A stretch of 64,000 nt of DNA from Macrostomum lignano (taxonomy: Eukaryota): NCBI GenBank assembly GCA_002269645.1, contig NIVC01001023.1:310001-374000 (forward strand). The letters are read 5' to 3'. This document shows positions 61,801 to 64,000 of the stretch, piece by piece (position 1 is the first letter of the stretch; each line of letters starts with the position of its first letter). A program made the translations under genes and the position numbers. Under the pieces are notes generated by a model that saw only the letters and a program-made list of their open reading frames with translations, did no database searches and was not told the DNA's origin.

Positions 61801-64000
61801 TGTAGCTGTGTGTGCTGTAGCTGTGTGTGCTGTAGCTGTGTGCTGTAGCTGTGTGTGCTGTAGCTGTGTGTGCTGTAGCTGTGTGTGCTGTAGCTGTGTG
61901 CTGTAGCTGTGTGCTGTAGCTGTGTGCTGTAGCTGTGTGCTGTAGCTGTGTGTGCTGTAGCTGTGTGTGCTGTAGCTGTGTGTGCTGTAGCTGTGTGTGC
62001 TGTAGCTGTGTGTGCTGTAGCTGTGTGTGCTGTAGCTGTGTGCTGTAGCTGTGTGCTGTAGCTGTGTGCTGTAGCTGTGTGTGCTGTAGCTGTGTGTGCT
62101 GTAGCTGTGTGTGCTGTAGCTGTGTGCTGTAGCTGTGTGTGCTGTAGCTGTGTGTGCTGTAGCTGTGTGTGCTGTAGCTGTGTGTGCTGTAGCTGTGTGT
62201 GCTGTAGCTGTGTGCTGTAGCTGTGTGTGCTGTAGCTGTGTGTGCTGTAGCTGTGTGTGCTGTAGCTGTGTGCTGTAGCTGTGTGTGCTGTAGCTGTGTG
62301 TGCTGTAGCTGTGTGCTGTAGCTGTGTGCTGTAGCTGTGTGTGCTGTAGCTGTGTGTGCTGTAGCTGTGTGCTGTAGCTGTGTGCTGTAGCTGTGTGTGC
62401 TGTAGCTGTGTGCTGTAGCTGTGTGCTGTAGCTGTGTGCTGTAGCTGTGTGCTGTAGCTGTGTGTGCTGTAGCTGTGTGTGCTGTAGCTGTGTGTGCTGT
62501 AGCTGTGTGTGCTGTAGCTGTGTGTGCTGTAGCTGTGTGCTGTAGCTGTGTGTGCTGTAGCTGTGTGTGCTGTAGCTGTGTGTGCTGTAGCTGTGTGCTG
62601 TAGCTGTGTGTGCTGTAGCTGTGTGCTGTAGCTGTGTGTGCTGTAGCTGTGTGTGCTGTAGCTGTGTGTGCTGTAGCTGTGTGCTGTAGCTGTGTGCTGT
62701 AGCTGTGTGTGCTGTAGCTGTGTGTGCTGTAGCTGTGTGCTGTAGCTGTGTGCTGTAGCTGTGTGTGCTGTAGCTGTGTGTGCTGTAGCTGTGTGCTGTA
62801 GCTGTGTGCTGTAGCTGTGTGCTGTAGCTGTGTGTGCTGTAGCTGTGTGCTGTAGCTGTGTGTGCTGTAGCTGTGTGCTGTAGCTGTGTGTGCTGTAGCT
62901 GTGTGCTGTAGCTGTGTGTGCTGTAGCTGTGTGCTGTAGCTGTGTGTGCTGTAGCTGTGTGCTGTAGCTGTGTGCTGTAGCTGTGTGTGCTGTAGCTGTG
63001 TGTGCTGTAGCTGTGTGCTGTAGCTGTGTGCTGTAGCTGTGTGTGCTGTAGCTGTGTGCTGTAGCTGTGTGCTGTAGCTGTGTGCTGTAGCTGTGTGCTG
63101 TAGCTGTGTGTGCTGTAGCTGTGTGCTGTAGCTGTGTGTGCTGTAGCTGTGTGTGCTGTAGCTGTGTGTGCTGTAGCTGTGTGTGCTGTAGCTGTGTGTG
63201 CTGTAGCTGTGTGCTGTAGCTGTGTGTGCTGTAGCTGTGTGTGCTGTAGCTGTGTGTGCTGTAGCTGTGTGCTGTAGCTGTGTGTGCTGTAGCTGTGTGT
63301 GCTGTAGCTGTGTGTGCTGTAGCTGTGTGCTGTAGCTGTGTGCTGTAGCTGTGTGCTGTAGCTGTGTGCTGTAGCTGTGTGTGCTGTAGCTGTGTGTGCT
63401 GTAGCTGTGTGTGCTGTAGCTGTGTGTGCTGTAGCTGTGTGTGCTGTAGCTGTGTGTGCTGTAGCTGTGTGCTGTAGCTGTGTGTGCTGTAGCTGTGTGT
63501 GCTGTAGCTGTGTGTGCTGTAGCTGTGTGTGCTGTAGCTGTGTGTGCTGTAGCTGTGTGTGCTGTAGCTGTGTGTGCTGTAGCTGTGTGTGCTGTAGCTG
63601 TGTGCTGTAGCTGTGTGCTGTAGCTGTGTGCTGTAGCTGTGTGCTGTAGCTGTGTGCTGTAGCTGTGTGTGCTGTAGCTGTGTGTGCTGTAGCTGTGTGT
63701 GCTGTAGCTGTGTGTGCTGTAGCTGTGTGTGCTGTAGCTGTGTGTGCTGTAGCTGTGTGCTGTAGCTGTGTGTGCTGTAGCTGTGTGTGCTGTAGCTGTG
63801 TGTGCTGTAGCTGTGTGTGCTGTAGCTGTGTGTGCTGTAGCTGTGTGCTGTAGCTGTGTGCTGTAGCTGTGTGTGCTGTAGCTGTGTGTGCTGTAGCTGT
63901 GTGCTGTAGCTGTGTGTGCTGTAGCTGTGTGTGCTGTAGCTGTGTGTGCTGTAGCTGTGTGCTGTAGCTGTGTGCTGTAGCTGTGTGTGCTGTAGCTGTG
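55897..64000. repeat. Satellite of mixed 13-bp (gctgtagctgtgt) and 15-bp (gctgtagctgtgtgt) units, runs off the window
   Basis: More than 8 kb; degenerate units seen only in the first 150 bp. Confidence 0.98.

Noticed and set aside
47399-63853. Repeat ORFs (LTLHPSLSLS, PVPVPA, CAVAV/CCSCV metallothionein-like)
   Set aside because: Artefacts of the 36-, 6- and 13/15-bp arrays; no ATG context or unique sequence.

Overview
Eukaryotic (animal) genomic DNA with GC-rich exons and introns packed with unrelated minisatellites. This architecture suggests a free-living flatworm such as Macrostomum (inference only). Five protein-coding loci can be assembled by hand. (1) The 3' part of a CREC/calumenin-type EF-hand ER protein ending in HDEL (+), lying antisense inside an intron of (2) inositol-pentakisphosphate 2-kinase (IPPK, -), four exons visible and carrying a Cys/His-rich insertion. 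(3) A complete four-exon USP6NL/RN-tre TBC RabGAP (-). (4) An unrecognised 1575-aa ORF with two internal repeat families (+). (5) The 3' part of a STE11/MAP3K-like kinase (-) with HRDIN instead of HRDIK. Between about 17 and 38 kb lies an AT-rich, CpG-depleted transposon graveyard: an R2-like RLE retroelement relic, hAT-type and GG-ended MITEs with 8-bp TSDs, a foldback element, a PPT-LTR-PBS(tRNA-Leu) unit, a Gypsy gag relic and an inverted SINE pair. 45-54 kb holds a THAP/P-element transposase relic and duplicated segments with conserved splice signals. The last 8.1 kb is a pure 13/15-bp satellite. I found no rRNA, true tRNA or CRISPR. Family assignments come from remembered motifs, not database searches, and repeat boundaries are approximate.
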